Positions 1-9,868 of a DNA stretch of 34,372 bases are shown in pieces. The notes below the pieces were generated by a model. It worked only from the letters and a program-made list of their open reading frames with translations, was not told the DNA's origin and made no database searches. The translations under genes and the position numbers were made by a program. The stretch spans positions 1 to 34,372 of the forward strand of contig BTVV01000063.1 in NCBI GenBank assembly GCA_045863855.1, in the 5' to 3' direction. Origin of the DNA: Planctomycetota bacterium. GTDB lineage: Bacteria > Planctomycetota > SZUA-567 > H5-PLA8. Within the stretch, counting starts at the first letter, position 1. Each line of letters opens with the position of its first letter.

Positions 1-2424
1 TTCCAATCCCTGCATCTGGTACAGCGGCATCGTGCGCACCTTAAAGGTAAGTTTCGCATCCGGCCGGCCTTCCAGCGCCTGCATCGCGTTGACGCCGAAG
101 TTAAGGAAAATCTGCCGCAACTGCTCCGGATCGGCCATGAACGGATCGATCTCCTCCCCGGCCTCCAGCGAAATCTGCATATGTTTGGCTTCGGCGCGCG
201 AGACCAGCATCAGGCGCAGATTGCGCAGCAGTTCGGTAATCTCGACGCTCTGGAGCCGCGGACCGCGCATGCGTGCGTACTTCAGGAAATCCGTGATGAT
301 CTGGTCGAGCCGGTCGGATTCGGAAAGCACGATCTCGACGAGAATCTTTTTGTTCTCGGGAATCTCCACCGACCGCGCGATTTCCTGCACCGCGCCACGG
401 ATCGAAGCCAGCGGATTCCGGATCTCGTGCGCAATGCTCGCGGAAATCTGGCCCATTGCTTCGATGCGCTCTTTATGCTTGAAGAATTCCTCCATTTTCT
501 TCTCGGCGGTGATGTCATGCACGACCACGATGACGGCATGCGGCGGCTGGCCGGGTTCGGAGAAGGGCTTCAGCTTCACCTCGAACGGCAGGATAATCCC
601 ATCGGGCCGGCGATTGGCGACTTCGACCCGACGCGTCGTCGCTTCGTCCAGCACGCGCAGCGCCTGCGCGTCGACATGTTCGCCCAGCAGATCCTTCAGC
701 GACTTCTTCACGGGCCGCTCGGTCAGCGCAAGCAGCCGTATGACTTCGTGATTGTGGTAAATCACCTGGCGCTCGCGATTCAACACCAGGATGCCTTCGC
801 CCAGGCCTTCCAGAACTTCGTAGTGCAACAAGCGCGCCACGGTCAGGCTGCGCGAAAGGTAGCCGCTCAGGAATGCCACGAGGAAAAAGCCGCAGATCGG
901 CAGCAGCAGCAGATACACGTAGCGTATGGGACTCAGGTCGCGAAACTTGCGCAGTTGGGCCTCGCTGGCCGTGCTCTGGTAGGACTCGGGAATAAAACCC
1001 AGTCCGTAGCTGAGCGTGAGCAAGCTGAAGAGCGTGGCCGTTAGACAGGCCACCAGTACCGCGCCGCGCCAAGAGAGCACGAACGCCGCCGAAACCACCG
1101 ATACGAGGTACAGCGTCACGAACGGGCTGTCCACTCCGCCGGTGTGATACACGAGCGCCGAGACCAGACCCACATCCACGAAAATTTGCAGAGGCGCAAG
1201 CTTTTCGGCCAAATCGGAACGCCGCAGTGCCCACGTATAGAAGATGGTAAGGAAGAGCACGATTACGACCACGAGACCGACCGGCCTCAAATACAGCGGC
1301 ACGTCCGGAGCGAGCACGTCGCGCTTGGCGCTGGGCAATGTATACGCCGCCCGCAGGGTAGGTCGGTGGCCCAGAAACTCCGCGCGTGTCTTGCCGCTCT
1401 CCACATCCCACAGGCGGATCAAGCGATCGCCCGTGCCGGTGGCCGCCGTTTGGGCGTCCGGAGCCAGCACCGCCGACAGCACCCAATCGGCGTGCTCCGC
1501 GAATACCTTCAGTTCGCGATTCTGTTTCACCGACCAGAGCATCAACTTGCGGTCGCGAGAAGCGGAAAGAAATGTCTCGCCGTCGGAAGCGAACGAAAGC
1601 GCGGTGATGGGCAATTCGTGCGCTTCCCATGCACGCACGAACTCGAGCTTCTCGAGATTCCACAACTTCATGATCAGCCCGCCGGTCACCAGCCAGTGCC
1701 CGTCGGGGGAGATTGCGGCGGCCTGGATCGGGCGCACATGCGCTTCAAGATCGGCTTCCGCTTCGAGCGTGTCGGCCTTCCAGGTTCGCACGTGCCCGTC
1801 GGCCCCGACAGAAATCACACGCGACGCGCCGGGCAGGAACGCGGCGAACACCGTGAATCTGCCAGCCGAGTCCTCTTTAGCCTGCGCAATCTCGCGCGGC
1901 TGTTCGCCGGCCACATGCCAAACCCGAAGGCTCTTATCGCCGCCGCCCAGAACCAACCGGTCGCCCTCCGGCGACCAAGCCAAGTGGTGAACTTGCGCTT
2001 CGTGCGGTATCAGTCCCAGGAACTTGCCCGTGGCCGTCTCGTGAATGCGCACCTTGCCATCGGCGCTGCCGGATGCCAGCTTGGTACCGTCCGGGCTAAA
2101 AGCCACTGCCCGGACGATGTTGGCATGTCCTTCGATGGTGGCCAGCTTCTCGCTGCCCGATTCCAAGTCCCAGATGCGTACCGTGGCGTCGCTGCCGCCC
2201 GACGCCAGCAACGCTCCCGATGGCGCGTAAGCCAGTGCGTTCACTTCGCCTTCGGGATCGGGCAGCCGCACGCCTTCGCGAAGCGAAGCGCCTACGGAAA
2301 GGGATTCCTGGAGCAACAGAACGATTAGCGCAAGCGTAGCGAAGAGCAGGCGCAGCGAAATCAATACGCGATTGCCGCGCAACGTACGCTGATGGCTCTC
2401 GACCAGCGGCTCCATTTCAAACAC
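1..2424 (-). CDS. pilS: PilS-like sensor histidine kinase with inserted 7-repeat WD40 beta-propeller (3' end truncated by window edge)
   Basis: Hand translation gives one open frame from GTG 2424 (GAGGAG 5 nt upstream; alternative ATG 2415) to position 1. Order: TM1 (RVLISLRLLFATLALIVLLL), seven WD40 repeats, PilS-type membrane region (QIFVDVGLVSALVYHTGGVDSPFVTLY), PAS-like segment, H-box IAHEIRNPLASIRGA, N-box QLRQIFLNFGVNAMQAL. Lies directly downstream of pilC. Confidence 0.88.
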   Translation of the reverse strand, partial: MFEMEPLVESHQRTLRGNRVLISLRLLFATLALIVLLLQESLSVGASLREGVRLPDPEGEVNALAYAPSGALLASGGSDATVRIWDLESGSEKLATIEGHANIVRAVAFSPDGTKLASGSADGKVRIHETATGKFLGLIPHEAQVHHLAWSPEGDRLVLGGGDKSLRVWHVAGEQPREIAQAKEDSAGRFTVFAAFLPGASRVISVGADGHVRTWKADTLEAEADLEAHVRPIQAAAISPDGHWLVTGGLIMKLWNLEKLEFVRAWEAHELPITALSFASDGETFLSASRDRKLMLWSVKQNRELKVFAEHADWVLSAVLAPDAQTAATGTGDRLIRLWDVESGKTRAEFLGHRPTLRAAYTLPSAKRDVLAPDVPLYLRPVGLVVVIVLFLTIFYTWALRRSDLAEKLAPLQIFVDVGLVSALVYHTGGVDSPFVTLYLVSVVSAAFVLSWRGAVLVACLTATLFSLLTLSYGLGFIPESYQSTASEAQLRKFRDLSPIRYVYLLLLPICGFFLVAFLSGYLSRSLTVARLLHYEVLEGLGEGILVLNRERQVIYHNHEVIRLLALTERPVKKSLKDLLGEHVDAQALRVLDEATTRRVEVANRRPDGIILPFEVKLKPFSEPGQPPHAVIVVVHDITAEKKMEEFFKHKERIEAMGQISASIAHEIRNPLASIRGAVQEIARSVEIPENKKILVEIVLSESDRLDQIITDFLKYARMRGPRLQSVEITELLRNLRLMLVSRAEAKHMQISLEAGEEIDPFMADPEQLRQIFLNFGVNAMQALEGRPDAKLTFKVRTMPLYQMQGLE

Positions 2425-2579
2425 GACCACTCCTCATCCGTACGGTAGAGCCAGGAATGCTCAAGAAAGGGGGCGAACCCGTTGGCCGGGCGCTCCGGTG
2501 ATACCTCATGGTCGCGGGCTGCCGGTTCTCCCCGCGCCCGGAATCCGGCCCGGGACGCGGCGGGATCGAACCGTTGCGG

Positions 2580-3815
2580 CTACTTCTTGCGCAGCGCCTC
2601 CTGGATCTTGAAGATCGGCAGGAACACGGAGAGCACGATACCGCCCACGATCAGGCCCATCACGCCGATCATCAGCGGCTCGATCAGCGCGGTGAGCTGC
2701 TCGACGGTCGCTTCCACCTGCTGGTCGTAAAATTCCGAGATTTTCTCGAGCAACTGCTCGAGCGCGCCGGACTTTTCACCGATCGCCACCATGCGCACGA
2801 CCATCGGCGGAAACACCGGAGATTCGCCCAGCGGGCGCGCGAGAGGATCGCCTTGGCGAATTGCCTCGCGCGCGTTATTCACCGCTTCTTCTACCACTCG
2901 GTTGCCCGCCGTCGCGGCCACGATTTCAAGCGCGCCAAGGATCGGCACGCCGGACTTGAGCAGCGTCGAAAAGGTCTTGGAGAAGCGCGAGAGCGCGATC
3001 TTCTGGAACAATTGGCCGAAGACGGGCATTTTCAACAGCATACGGTCCCACACGTACCCGCCGCTGTCCGTCGACTTGTACCACTTGAGCACCAGAAACA
3101 ATCCCGTGAACATCATGGCCAAATGGATGAAATAGTTCTGCATGGCGTGGGAAATGGCGAGCACGATGACGGTCGGCGTCGGCAAATCGACGTTCAGCGT
3201 TTTGAAGATTTCCTGGAACTTGGGAATGATGAACACAAGCAGGAAGGTGGTGATGCCCAAAATCATGACCAGCGAGACGACCGGATAGGTCATGGCGCCC
3301 TGAATCTTGCGCTTCAACTGCTCGACCGATTCCATGTAGTCGGCCAGGCGCTGCAAGATGGTGTCGAGCTGGCCGGACGCTTCGCCCGCCTTGATCATAT
3401 TGATGTAAATGCGCGTGAATACGCCGGGGTGCCGTGCAAGCGCCGCCGAAAGGTCCGAACCGCCGCGCACATCCTCGATGATCGTGCCCACGACGTTCTT
3501 AAAGCCCGGATCCTCGGCCTGCTCTTCTAGAATGTCCAGGCATTCCAATACCGGAATACCGGCGCTGATCATCGTCGAAAACTGGCGCGTGAAGATCACC
3601 AGTCCTTCGCCGCTGATCCGGGGCTTTCCGCCTCCGAGGTTAAGGTTCCAGCCTTTGCCGGCGGCTTTTCCGCCCCCACCCACTTCGGTAATCGAAACGA
3701 TGCGCAGATTCTGCCCGCGCAAGTTCGCCACGACTTCCTCGCGGCTGCCGCCTTCTATGGTCTGACTGACCTTCTTGCCGCCCTGATCTTGCGCCACGTA
3801 TTTGAAGGTGGGCAT
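2580..3815 (-). CDS. pilC: Type IV pilus inner-membrane platform protein PilC (GspF family)
   Basis: FTRQFSTMISAGIP, MIKAGEASGQLDTILQRLA, AMTYP, MVAIGEKSGALEQLL, LIEPLMI motifs; two GspF repeats; follows pilB. Confidence 0.95.
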   Translation of the reverse strand: MPTFKYVAQDQGGKKVSQTIEGGSREEVVANLRGQNLRIVSITEVGGGGKAAGKGWNLNLGGGKPRISGEGLVIFTRQFSTMISAGIPVLECLDILEEQAEDPGFKNVVGTIIEDVRGGSDLSAALARHPGVFTRIYINMIKAGEASGQLDTILQRLADYMESVEQLKRKIQGAMTYPVVSLVMILGITTFLLVFIIPKFQEIFKTLNVDLPTPTVIVLAISHAMQNYFIHLAMMFTGLFLVLKWYKSTDSGGYVWDRMLLKMPVFGQLFQKIALSRFSKTFSTLLKSGVPILGALEIVAATAGNRVVEEAVNNAREAIRQGDPLARPLGESPVFPPMVVRMVAIGEKSGALEQLLEKISEFYDQQVEATVEQLTALIEPLMIGVMGLIVGGIVLSVFLPIFKIQEALRKK

Positions 3816-3889
3816 GTCTCGAATTCTCCGTTCAGGGGCGCCGATCCCTCGCCGCCCTCACATCCTCTGTTCAGGTGCTTCGCTCGAGG

Positions 3890-5614
3890 CTACACTTCGT
3901 TCTGCGTCATCGCGACGACTTCCTTCAAGTCGGTACGGCCGCGCATGGAGTTAAGCAGCGCACAGCGCCGCAGCGTAATCATGCCCAATTCCAGCGCCTT
4001 GCCGCGGATGTCCAGCGCCGAACCGCCGTCGATGACAATGCGCTTGATTTCGTCGCGCATGCGCATCGTCTCCAGGATCGCGAACCGGCCTTTGTAACCC
4101 GCGCTGCAACGGCCGCAGCCTTTGCCTTCCATGAACTTCGCGCTCTCGAGGTCCGACTCTTTGAATCCGATTTCCAGCAATCGCTCTGCGGGCAACTGGA
4201 TCGGACCCCGGCATTCGGTGCAAAGCTTGCGCAGCAAGCGCTGCGCGGAAACCAGAACCACCGAACTGGCCACCATGAACGGGTCGATGCCCATGTCCAC
4301 CAAGCGCGATACGGTACTCGGTGCGTCGTTCGTGTGCAGCGTACTCAACACCAAGTGCCCGGTAAGCGCCGCCTTGATCGCGATCTCGGCCGTTTCCTTG
4401 TCGCGGATTTCGCCGATCATCACCGTGTCAGGGTCTTGGCGCAGGATCGAGCGCAGCGCCGCGGCAAAGGACAGCCCGCGCTTATCGCTGACAGGCACCT
4501 GGTTCACGCCGTCCAACTGGTATTCGACCGGGTCTTCGACCGTCGTAATGTTGTCTTCGACGCAAAGCACTTCTTTCACCGCCGAATACAACGTCGTCGA
4601 TTTGCCCGAACCCGTCGGCCCGGTCACCAGCGCCATCCCGTACGGCTGCTTCACCGCCCAGCGGAAATCGTCCAGCGCCTCCGGTTCGAAGCCCAACTGA
4701 TCCAGGGAGAGCGACAGCCCGGACGAGTCCAAGATACGAATACAGACCTTTTCGCCGTGAATCATCGGCAGGATCGAGGTACGAAAGTCCACCTGCCGGC
4801 CCTTCACGCGCATCTGAAACTTGCCGTCCTGCGGCTTGCGCCGTTCGGCGATGTCCATATTCGCCATGATCTTCACGCGCGATACGAGCGCCGGGTGCAC
4901 GCGCTTGGGCAGGCTGTTCGTCTCGTGACACGCGCCGTCCACGCGGTAACGCACACGTACGCGCTTCTCGAACGCCTCGATGTGAATGTCGCTCGCGCGC
5001 TGCTCGATCGCCGACAGAATCAGCAAATTCACCATCTTGACGACGGGCGAGTTGCCCGACTTGATGTCCTCGGCCAGGTCGATCGCGCCGTCTTCTTCCT
5101 TGTTCTCCTTCAACTCCATCGCGCCTTCGACCGAATCGGCGCCCGAAAGAAGCTGGTCCATCTCTTCGCCGGTATCCACTTCCTGGCGGAACGCGGTGGC
5201 GATCGCCTTCATCACCGAAACGTCCGTCGAAACCACCGGCACGATCTCGCAGCCCGTCACCAGCTTCACATCGTCGAGGATCAGCACGTCGAACGGATTC
5301 GCCATGGCGATGGTCAGCATCTTTCCCAGGCGGGAAATGGGCAGCACCTGCCACGTCTTGCACTGTTCTTCCGTCAGGCGCTCAAGCGCCATGGGATTGG
5401 GCTTCACGCGCTCCAGGTTGATCGGGTGGTAGTTCATCTCCTGCGCCACCGCCGCAATGATCTCGGGCTCCTTGACCACGTTCCGGGTCAGCAGCGTTTC
5501 GGTAAACGAAGCGTTCGCGCGTTCGGAGTCGCCTAAAAACTGCTCCCGCGTCTCCTCGTTGATCAAGCCGTGCTTGACGAGGATCGCGCCGAGCTTCTTA
5601 TCGAACTTGGCCAT
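3890..5614 (-). CDS. pilB: Type IV pilus extension ATPase PilB (GspE family)
   Basis: ASDIHIE, Walker A GPTGSGKS, TVEDPVE, LRQDPD..MIGEIRD, His box GHLVLSTLHTND, tetracysteine CTEC...CGRC; degenerate MshEN-like N-terminus KKLGAILVKHGLI. Confidence 0.95.
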   Translation of the reverse strand: MAKFDKKLGAILVKHGLINEETREQFLGDSERANASFTETLLTRNVVKEPEIIAAVAQEMNYHPINLERVKPNPMALERLTEEQCKTWQVLPISRLGKMLTIAMANPFDVLILDDVKLVTGCEIVPVVSTDVSVMKAIATAFRQEVDTGEEMDQLLSGADSVEGAMELKENKEEDGAIDLAEDIKSGNSPVVKMVNLLILSAIEQRASDIHIEAFEKRVRVRYRVDGACHETNSLPKRVHPALVSRVKIMANMDIAERRKPQDGKFQMRVKGRQVDFRTSILPMIHGEKVCIRILDSSGLSLSLDQLGFEPEALDDFRWAVKQPYGMALVTGPTGSGKSTTLYSAVKEVLCVEDNITTVEDPVEYQLDGVNQVPVSDKRGLSFAAALRSILRQDPDTVMIGEIRDKETAEIAIKAALTGHLVLSTLHTNDAPSTVSRLVDMGIDPFMVASSVVLVSAQRLLRKLCTECRGPIQLPAERLLEIGFKESDLESAKFMEGKGCGRCSAGYKGRFAILETMRMRDEIKRIVIDGGSALDIRGKALELGMITLRRCALLNSMRGRTDLKEVVAMTQNEV

Positions 5615-5656
5615 ACATGACCCCTTATCGAATCGCGCCCGACCCTTCGAAGCACT

Positions 5657-6601
5657 CTACTTTTTCAGGAACCCAAGCAGCCCGCCTTTGGTCGGCGGAC
5701 CCTTCTTCGACCCGCCCTTCGGCTGCTGCCCGTCCCCATCCGACGTCTGCCCGTCTTCTCCGCCCGCGGGCGATGCGGCTTTGTTGATGCCGCTCTTGCT
5801 GAGTTTAGGCGCGTTGCCTGCAAAGGCCGAAAGACGACCCGAGGTGTTGGGAAAGCGCGCCGAGGCCGCCGGCTTCTGCTCTTCGGATTGCGCCGGAGCC
5901 GGGACCGCTACCGGAGGCAGCGGCGTATCGTCCTCGTCGTCCGAAGGCAGATTCGAAACGCCCGACTCCAACTGGTCGTCCGACAATCCCTGAACCTGCG
6001 CCCCCACGGCCGCCAGCGCTTCTTCCAGGCCCGTATTGGATCCCACCGCTTCTGCCAGGTCCTGGGCCAACTCGGATTCTTCCGCCGGAGCAATCACGCC
6101 CGCGTCTTCGTCCGAGTCGCCTTCCAGCAGCATCTTGCCCAAGCTCGTCAGGTCCGCGTCGTCGTCCTTCTTGCGGTCCTTGAAATGCTCGTCCAGCGCA
6201 CGGCGGATATCGTTCCACGTACCCACGAACTGGCAGATCTTGCAGCCCGAAATGCGCTCCAGCTCGGAAAGCACATCGTGGTTCATCAAGCCCGAACCCA
6301 CGATGATCAAGACCGGTCCAATCCGCTCCAACGGCAGGAATTGGTACTCCCAAGCCAACGATTCGGGAAAGACATCAAGCACCGCTTTATCCACTTGGTA
6401 CTGCTCGGAGGCGATGTAGGGCAGGTTGAATTGCTGGGCGATAGTCGAAGCGATGGCTTCTTCGGTGACGAAGCCCAGCTTAACCATGGCCTCCCCAAGG
6501 AAGAGGTTCGACTTGCGCTGTTCGACCAGCGCGGCCTGAACCTGGTCTTCCGTGACGAGCCCCTCGGCCCTGAGCAGTTCGCCCAGGCGCCTTTTGGTCA
6601 T
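5657..6601 (-). CDS. Stand-alone MshEN / GspE-N domain protein with acidic disordered tail (no ATPase domain)
   Basis: Start probably ATG 6601 (or 6622). RRLGELLRAEGLVTEDQVQAALVEQ and FLGEAMVKLGFVTEEAI match the tandem MshEN motif, followed by a PilB-N-like segment (YQFLPLERIG), a D/E-rich low-complexity region and C-terminal GGLLGFLKK. Confidence 0.85.
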   Translation of the reverse strand: MTKRRLGELLRAEGLVTEDQVQAALVEQRKSNLFLGEAMVKLGFVTEEAIASTIAQQFNLPYIASEQYQVDKAVLDVFPESLAWEYQFLPLERIGPVLIIVGSGLMNHDVLSELERISGCKICQFVGTWNDIRRALDEHFKDRKKDDDADLTSLGKMLLEGDSDEDAGVIAPAEESELAQDLAEAVGSNTGLEEALAAVGAQVQGLSDDQLESGVSNLPSDDEDDTPLPPVAVPAPAQSEEQKPAASARFPNTSGRLSAFAGNAPKLSKSGINKAASPAGGEDGQTSDGDGQQPKGGSKKGPPTKGGLLGFLKK

Positions 6602-6686
6602 TCGAGTAACGCGTGCGACCATACCGTTCGGTCCGATCCGTTGTCGCTTGCCCCGAGCGCCGCGGTCGCGGCGCACACCCCAACGC

Positions 6687-7751
6687 CTACTTGTTTTGAA
6701 TCAGCTTGCGCAACTCTTCCGGATCCAGCGTCGCTTCCATCGCGACGTCGAAACTGATCTTTCCCGCCTTGTACAACTCGTGCAGCGAATGGTTCATCGT
6801 GCGCATGCCGCTCTTGCCGCCGGTCTGAATCGACGAATAAATCTGGTGCACCTTGTCGTCGCGGATGTTCGCGCGAATCGCGTCGTTGGGCAGCATGATT
6901 TCCGGCGCCAAGCAGCGGCCCTTGCCGTTATTCACCGGGAGCAACTGCTGGCAGAATACGCCCTGCAGCACGAACGAAAGCTGCGTGCGAATCTGGCTTT
7001 GCTGACCCGCCGGGAAGACGTCGATAATGCGGTTGATCGTCTGTACCGCCGTCGACGTGTGCAGCGTGGCGAACGTCAAGTGACCCGTCTCGGCCAGGGT
7101 CAAACCCAGTTCGATCGTTTCCATGTCGCGCATTTCGCCGATCAGCACCACGTCAGGGTCTTGGCGCAGCACGTGCTTCAGCGCGAAATGAAACGCCTTC
7201 GTGTCCGGACCGACCTCGCGCTGATTGACCAGGCACTGCTTGTTGCGATGCACGAATTCGATGGGGTCTTCGATCGTGATGATGTGCAACTGCTGCGTGC
7301 TGTTGATCAGGTCGATCATCGAAGCCAGGGATGTGGATTTGCCCGAGCCCGTCGCGCCGGTCACCAGCACCAGCCCCTTGGGCAAGTTGCACAAATTCTC
7401 GCAAACCTCACGCGGCAAACCGAGCTGCTCGAACGTGGCGATTTCGTACGGAATCACGCGAATCGCCGCGCCCACCGCGCCGCGCTGGTAAAAGACGTTC
7501 ACGCGGAAGCGCCCGATCCCGGCGATCCCGAAGCTCATGTCCAGTTCCTTCTCGGACTCGAACTTCGCGATCTGCTCGTTGTCCAGAACCGAGTAGACCA
7601 GCTTCTGCGTGGCCTCGGCGTCGAGCATGTCGTATTCGGTGGGAATCAACGCGCCGTCGATACGAATCCGCGGCGGCGAGCCCGCACTCACGTGCAGGTC
7701 CGACGCTCGGCGTTCCATCATCACACGCAGCAGTTCTTCAAGCGTGACCAT
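6687..7751 (-). CDS. pilT: Type IV pilus retraction ATPase PilT
   Basis: ASDLHVS, GRFRVNVF, Walker A GATGSGKS, TIEDPIEFVH, LRQDPDVVLIGEMRD, AETGHLTFATLHT, AIRANIRDDK (AIRNLIRE-like motif). Confidence 0.96.
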   Translation of the reverse strand: MVTLEELLRVMMERRASDLHVSAGSPPRIRIDGALIPTEYDMLDAEATQKLVYSVLDNEQIAKFESEKELDMSFGIAGIGRFRVNVFYQRGAVGAAIRVIPYEIATFEQLGLPREVCENLCNLPKGLVLVTGATGSGKSTSLASMIDLINSTQQLHIITIEDPIEFVHRNKQCLVNQREVGPDTKAFHFALKHVLRQDPDVVLIGEMRDMETIELGLTLAETGHLTFATLHTSTAVQTINRIIDVFPAGQQSQIRTQLSFVLQGVFCQQLLPVNNGKGRCLAPEIMLPNDAIRANIRDDKVHQIYSSIQTGGKSGMRTMNHSLHELYKAGKISFDVAMEATLDPEELRKLIQNK

Positions 7752-7877
7752 TCAATCGGCCTCGATTCCGCACGCTCATTAAAGGGCTCGGCAATTCGAC
7801 GCCATCAAACTGCGTCGCTGCCACAGAAGCCCACCTCAACCCAGATGCCAAGCTGCACTAGGTGCAAGCAAGGCTTG

Positions 7878-7906
7878 AGTTTAGCGTCCTCGCTTAAGAC
7901 CGTCAA
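7878..7906 (-). promoter_or_regulatory. Sigma70-type promoter for the pilT-pilB-pilC-pilS cluster
   Basis: Minus strand TTGACG (7906-7901), 17 nt, TAAACT (7883-7878), about 125 nt upstream of the pilT start. Confidence 0.6.
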
Positions 7907-8059
7907 GGTATGCCATGCCTCACTTCTAAAAATTGTCACCAACGGCGCAACCCATTACAAATAAATAGGTTACATGACAAAAACGAATCCCAACCGACAC
8001 GGGCTTATAGTGTGCATAGTTCCCCTCATACTACACAGCTGGCGAACTGTCCTATCTTG

Positions 8060-8698
8060 CTACCCTGGCAGGACTCGGACGCGACGGTCTTCCAGGCGTA
8101 AGCGCCCAGCCGCAAACAACCGTATGGCCTCGGGGTACACTTCGCGCTCTGCTTCCTGGACGCGCGCCGCCAAGGATTCCACGTCATCGCCTTCCAGGAC
8201 CGCAACAGCGCGCTGCGCCACGATCGGACCGTGATCGTATTCGTTGTCCACGAAGTGAACCGTGCACCCAGCCACCTTGCAGCCGTGCTTCAGCACCGCT
8301 TCGTGTACGCGATTGCCGTAGTAGCCTTTCCCGCCAAAGCTGGGCAAAAGCGCCGGGTGAATATTGAGTACGCGCCCCGCGTACTCCTCCGGAATCTTCA
8401 GCAACGAAAGGAACCCCGCGAGGCAGATCAGGTCGGGCCGGTGCGGGCGCACCGCATCGAAAAGCGCGTCGCTGAACTCTTCGGGCAGCACGAACCGCTT
8501 GCGCTCCACCACCGCAGTAGGAATGCCACGCTGCTTCGCCCGTTCCAGGCCGTAGGCGTCCCCGCGGCTGGAGAGCACGAAGACGATCTCCGCCGGCAAT
8601 TGCTTGGCGGCGCTGAGCACCAGCAGATTCTCGAGCGTCGTGCCGCTACCGCTTAGCAGCACCGCGATACGCAACGGATTGGACGGCGTCTGATTCAT
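8060..8698 (-). CDS. purN: Phosphoribosylglycinamide formyltransferase
   Basis: True start ATG 8698 (MNQTPSNPLRIAVLLSGSGT); LICLAGF, NIHPALLP, GCTVHFVDNEYDHGPI motifs. The longer ORF-track N-terminus overlaps the next gene. Confidence 0.95.
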   Translation of the reverse strand: MNQTPSNPLRIAVLLSGSGTTLENLLVLSAAKQLPAEIVFVLSSRGDAYGLERAKQRGIPTAVVERKRFVLPEEFSDALFDAVRPHRPDLICLAGFLSLLKIPEEYAGRVLNIHPALLPSFGGKGYYGNRVHEAVLKHGCKVAGCTVHFVDNEYDHGPIVAQRAVAVLEGDDVESLAARVQEAEREVYPEAIRLFAAGRLRLEDRRVRVLPG

Positions 8699-8712
8699 CT
8701 TCCAACGATTCC

Positions 8713-9663
8713 TTATTCCCGCGCCGGCTTCCACGAACTCTTGAGTTTCCATTCGCCGGCAAAACTGTCCTGCCCGCGCAGCGTCTCCAGCCGCGTTTGC
8801 AGATCCACGCTGGCGTCCAGCAATCGATGCGGAGCGCCGGTCAAGCGTACCCGCCCGCTCAGCAAGCCTTGAATCTGTACATCGGCCAGGCGGATGCCGC
8901 CCCAGGCGAATCCTTTGGCCTGGCGCGTCTGAAGCTGGCCCGAAAAGACGACTTCTACGATGCCGCGTCCGCCCTCGCGATCCAGACCCGTGGCCCGGCA
9001 TTGCAGAACGGTGGTGAGCGCCGGGCTGACCGGTACGGGATAAGGCAGCACCACCACGCGCTCGAATGCCGTTCCCGTCTCCGCGCCCGGTGGAAAGTTC
9101 GGCGCGAGCATCAACCACTCGCGTCCCAGCGCCAGGTGATCGGCCAGCGGCCACGCCAACCCGTGTGCCGTCACTTCCAGTTGAGCGATCGTTCCGCCTT
9201 GGGCCGTCCAGACGTACCAAGGTTCGCCGGTCAACCGCTTCAGCTCTTCCGCCGCGGCGGGCGATGCGGCACCCTCCAGCATCCGTTCGGCCCGCCCGCC
9301 CAGGCGGTGGTCGTAACGGGACCGGTCGAAGCGCAGCGTCTCCTCACCGGCCGGACGCTTTTGGCTGCGCGAAAAGTCTTCCACCGCCAGACCCCAACGT
9401 GCTTCCCCGCCCCCGGCCGCCGCATCCAGGGGCGCGATCCGGACCGTCATCTGAGTGCGATTGGGTATGCGGCGCAGATACGCGACTTCCTGACCGTTCA
9501 AGCGCGCCTGCCCGGACTCTTCTCGCTCAATTCGATACCGCTCCGCAGCCGGCGCTTCCGGCTGGTCCGTGCCGCCCTGTACGCCGCAGCAGACCCCTGC
9601 GGCCAAACAGGCCCAAGCCCACACCGTTCCCGTAAGCCGTCTGTGCGACACATGTTCCGCCAA
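8713..9663 (-). CDS. Hypothetical exported protein
   Basis: 316-aa ORF co-oriented with and 15 nt upstream of purN; N-terminal basic plus hydrophobic segment (RRLTGTVWAWACLAAGVCCG) suggests a signal peptide; start codon uncertain; no family recognised. Confidence 0.6.
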   Translation of the reverse strand: MAEHVSHRRLTGTVWAWACLAAGVCCGVQGGTDQPEAPAAERYRIEREESGQARLNGQEVAYLRRIPNRTQMTVRIAPLDAAAGGGEARWGLAVEDFSRSQKRPAGEETLRFDRSRYDHRLGGRAERMLEGAASPAAAEELKRLTGEPWYVWTAQGGTIAQLEVTAHGLAWPLADHLALGREWLMLAPNFPPGAETGTAFERVVVLPYPVPVSPALTTVLQCRATGLDREGGRGIVEVVFSGQLQTRQAKGFAWGGIRLADVQIQGLLSGRVRLTGAPHRLLDASVDLQTRLETLRGQDSFAGEWKLKSSWKPARE

Positions 9664-9868
9664 GCATCCGCTCCTTTATAAGGGTGCGCAGCAACAGCCT
9701 AGCCGATTTTCCACGCCGTGCAGCAGCATCGGGAGCAAGCCGCCTAAAACGCTCGAATCGAAAAATCCGGCGTTCGCCCTTGCTTATTACTCATAAGAAG
9801 GTATTTTTATATTGAGATAAGGACAGGGATTGATCGAGGCGTACCCCAAGCCGAATAAGGAGCGACCG

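Noticed and set aside
32..2328. Several + strand ORFs and the 515..1663 minus ORF in the track
   Set aside because: Shadow frames of the PilS-like gene, which carries all recognisable motifs in another frame.
7834..7852. Sigma54 promoter upstream of pilT (TGGCATCTGGGTTGA, minus strand)
   Set aside because: The -12 element reads GA rather than GC, and a well-spaced sigma70 promoter lies just upstream.
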